A stretch of 64,000 nucleotides of DNA from Nitrososphaeria archaeon. GTDB taxonomy: Archaea; Thermoproteota; Nitrososphaeria; JACIWG01. The notes beneath the pieces are model-generated. The model did not search any database. It was not told the origin of the DNA and was given only the letters and a program-made list of their open reading frames with translations. The stretch lies in NCBI GenBank assembly GCA_963752255.1, contig CAVVXT010000019.1:384001-448000 (forward strand). Direction: 5' to 3'. Shown here in pieces: positions 61,377 to 64,000 of this stretch. Positions within the stretch are counted from its first letter, which is position 1. Every line of letters begins with the position of its first letter. Position numbers and translations under genes: made by a program.

Positions 61377-62721
61377 ATGTCGGTTGATAAGGAAATCATA
61401 ATGTTTTCCCCGGAATACTGGTGGAATGTAGGGAAGGGTGAAGTCTTAAAGGGGAAAATGGAAGATATAGAAAAGTGGGGTGGGATGGGAAGGGTTGTAG
61501 CCGAAGTCTCCGAGCGTCTTCCATCATTCGGTTACAATGTAACCGTTCTTGCGAAGGAAGAAGAGTTTAACTGGCTCACCCATCTTTCCCAAATCCTACT
61601 ATAACCCAGAAAACGTCGTTCAATATAGGCCGATATCAAACGTGGACGTCTATGCCATTCCTCCATGCAGCGGCCTAGGTGATAAGATCCAGGCAAAAAG
61701 CGGCAGCCTCTATGTCGACAATCCACTTGATTGCATAGTAACTTGGGACCATATATTTACAACACTTAATTATATTTACGATTCTAACGGTGAACTGTGC
61801 CGAAAGATGTTTGATGAAAGTACAATTATCCACGGACACGACTTCTATGGCGCTCAATTCATTTACAATCTGAAGACTGCTCGAGCTATGCCGGACTCAA
61901 AATGCATTCTGTCCGTCCACATGAGCTCTGATAGAAAAGAGGATGAGGTCAAAGGAGATGAAAGACTTCAGTGGGAGCAAAAGGGATGCAAGCTTGCTGA
62001 CAAGGTGCACGTAATGTCCAAGAGCCAAGAGAGGATAATAAGAACTCAGTATAGAATAAGGTCTGACAAGCTGGTCTGCATCCCAAACGGAATAGACCTG
62101 AAAAAATTCAGGCCACCGACGGAGGAGGAGAAGGAGAAGGATGTGGAATTGCTTCAAAGATATGGCCTTAAAAGGAAGTACATCGCTTTCTGGGGAAGAA
62201 TAGACCCTGTGAAAGGTATATCAAATCTGATACTAGCATACGATAAGCTTTATTATAAGTCCAAAACAGAATATGACCTAGCGATCTTTGGCATACCCTC
62301 TAACTGGGAGTATTTCCATAACGATGTCTTGGATAAATATAATGGCCTCCCAGCAGACATTAGATCGAAGGTGAAGATTTATACGGAGCAATTGCCAGAC
62401 GACGTACTCCTTTCGTTGATCAGATCAGCGTCTATAGGAGCATTCCCTTCAACCAAGGAAGCGTTCGGTCTAGTCGCTGTCGAAGCTCAGGCCTGCGGCC
62501 TACCCGTAGTCGTCGGAAATGTGGGTGGACTACCAGAGAACATCATAGATAAGAAGACTGGGGTGTTGGTGGACGGCAGTGATACATCATCTATAGCAAG
62601 TGGATTAGAATATGTTATAGCAAATAGGGACGAAATGGCTGAAAATACTGTTCCATTTGCTCAGCAATTTTCCTGGGACATAATTGTTGAGAGATACGTT
62701 AAGGAGCTTTATTCGATTTAA
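61377..62721 (+). pseudogene. glycosyltransferase family 4, split by one frameshift near 61580
   Basis: GGMGRVV in ORF 61377-61604; HGHD, IPNGID, GRIDPVKG, EAFGLVAVEAQACG in ORF 61549-62721. Confidence 0.8.
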
Positions 62722-62955
62722 AATAATAAATTTCCTAATCAATTTGCCAATGCTTAAAATGTCGAATGTTCATGTGTCATACTTTGATCTGGATAAAGTA
62801 CATATGTAGGATATTTTCTATGATAATATACTACAAAAGAACTGCTCGTGAACGATTGAGAAGTGAGAGCTTTGGAGCAATATGAAAAAATGTTCAGATA
62901 AAAAGAATATAATACTGATTAGGTAAACATAAATTTCTTTCATGAAATTTTTATT

Positions 62956-63189
62956 CTATTCTTCGATAGCGATCATTGTTAGGGTCGAACGGATTTTATC
63001 TAGGCGTCTGATCTTCCAAGTTATTATGTCCTTAACCTTATCAAGAGCGTCTGCTTGAACTTTAGCTATAATATCGTAAACGCCGTAGACCGGATATACT
63101 TCTTTTATTTCCTCAATCTTTTTCAGTTCCTTAATTATTTCACTTTCCGCACCTAATTCCGAATTTATTAAAACAAATGCTAAAGCCAT
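62956..63189 (-). CDS. stand-alone Lrp/AsnC ligand-binding (RAM) domain protein
   Basis: AFVLIN, VYGVYDIIAKV, IRSTLTMI. Confidence 0.9.
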   Translation of the reverse strand: MALAFVLINSELGAESEIIKELKKIEEIKEVYPVYGVYDIIAKVQADALDKVKDIITWKIRRLDKIRSTLTMIAIEE

Positions 63190-63514
63190 TTTAATATGTA
63201 TGTGAAAAACATAGATATTAACTTTGTTGTCGCAAAATGGAAGAGCGTCCTATTTAGTACAGCACGTTTAATGTCATTCCTTTACAATTATATAGAGAAA
63301 GTAGGGTTCTCAAGCTCTAATACCTATTAGGAGTGAGGTCATCAAAAGATTAAACTGCTTGAATTTAAACATCCTTTCTGTGCTCACATCTTAAACTCAA
63401 TGTTTCTGTAACAAGTTTCTTAAACCCGTACCATTCTTTCAGAATAAAAAGACACTGTTAAGTAGTTACGACAATAAATAATACTTAAATAAAAGCTTAA
63501 GAAAAAACCCGCGA

Positions 63515-64000
63515 ATGAGGCGACTTTACCTCACAATAATAATTGTTTCAATCATCTTAGCTTCTGCATTTCTTGGATATCTGTTTTTCGCTCCAGTAAC
63601 TTTTAAGCAAGAATTTATCGGAGGAAAGTATAACGCGACAATAATCATCGAAGGTTTAGATGATCAAGGTTTTATAGGCGGCGAAATCGTTTACACCCAA
63701 AATGGAACGGTGCATCGAGGGTTCTATTCTTCTTCCCTAAACAGTTCTTTACTGTGGATAGAAGCGAATACTTCGGAAGATGCCGTTTTTCTCAATTGGT
63801 GGGATTATGGCCATATGATCGTTGGTTTTACCTGCAGAGGGACAATAATCAGAAACCCTTCAAAAGAGGCACTCTCTTCTGTAAGTGACCCGGACAAAAT
63901 TACTGAATTCGACTCAAATGAAACATTGGTCGACGTAGCAAAAGCTCTGACAGCCACTGACCCAAATTTGACGAAGTCCATAATGGACAAGTACAATGCT
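63515..64000 (+). CDS. single-TM protein with AglB/STT3 C-terminal-like domain (runs off the right edge; not in ORF track)
   Basis: open frame MRRLYLTIIIVSIILASAFLGYLFF...LLWIEANTSEDAVFLNWWDYGHMI...DVAKAL...IMDKYNA. Confidence 0.8.
   Translation, partial: MRRLYLTIIIVSIILASAFLGYLFFAPVTFKQEFIGGKYNATIIIEGLDDQGFIGGEIVYTQNGTVHRGFYSSSLNSSLLWIEANTSEDAVFLNWWDYGHMIVGFTCRGTIIRNPSKEALSSVSDPDKITEFDSNETLVDVAKALTATDPNLTKSIMDKYNA

Noticed and set aside
1686-62157. Many 60-210 aa ORFs overlapping confident genes (for example 1686-2120, 4393-4632, 10364-10999, 16176-16712, 33135-33626, 56226-56669)
   Set aside because: Antisense or alternate-frame shadows of motif-supported genes, with no motifs of their own

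Overview
Archaeal chromosomal window, probably TACK (Bathyarchaeia-like; inferred from TATA-type promoters, a two-gene SufC/SufBD system, a stand-alone Lrp/AsnC ligand-binding domain and an SMC5/6-like SMC). It is accessory-rich and partly decayed, with many SAM methyltransferases, flavoproteins, ABC/MFS transporters and oxidoreductases, several frameshifted or truncated genes, and long spacers holding gene scars. I saw no rRNA, intact tRNA or CRISPR array. Highlights: (1) an overlapping SMC + kleisin + kite operon (42548-45907) with SMC5/6 and Nse1/3-type motifs and no visible hinge or zinc hook; (2) a cluster of IS6-type terminal repeats (20652, 27777, 27953, 28957), each with a cargo gene pointing at it, including a DNA methyltransferase-endonuclease fusion; (3) a decayed plasmid- or virus-like segment (31.1-35.0 kb) with a ParB-like gene beside an iteron/inverted-repeat locus; (4) a Cys-Cys AbrB-type regulator upstream of arsM, with paired palindromes around its TATA box; (5) a single-TM protein carrying only the WWDYG domain of AglB/STT3 at the right edge. 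All family calls come from motifs read by eye, not database searches.
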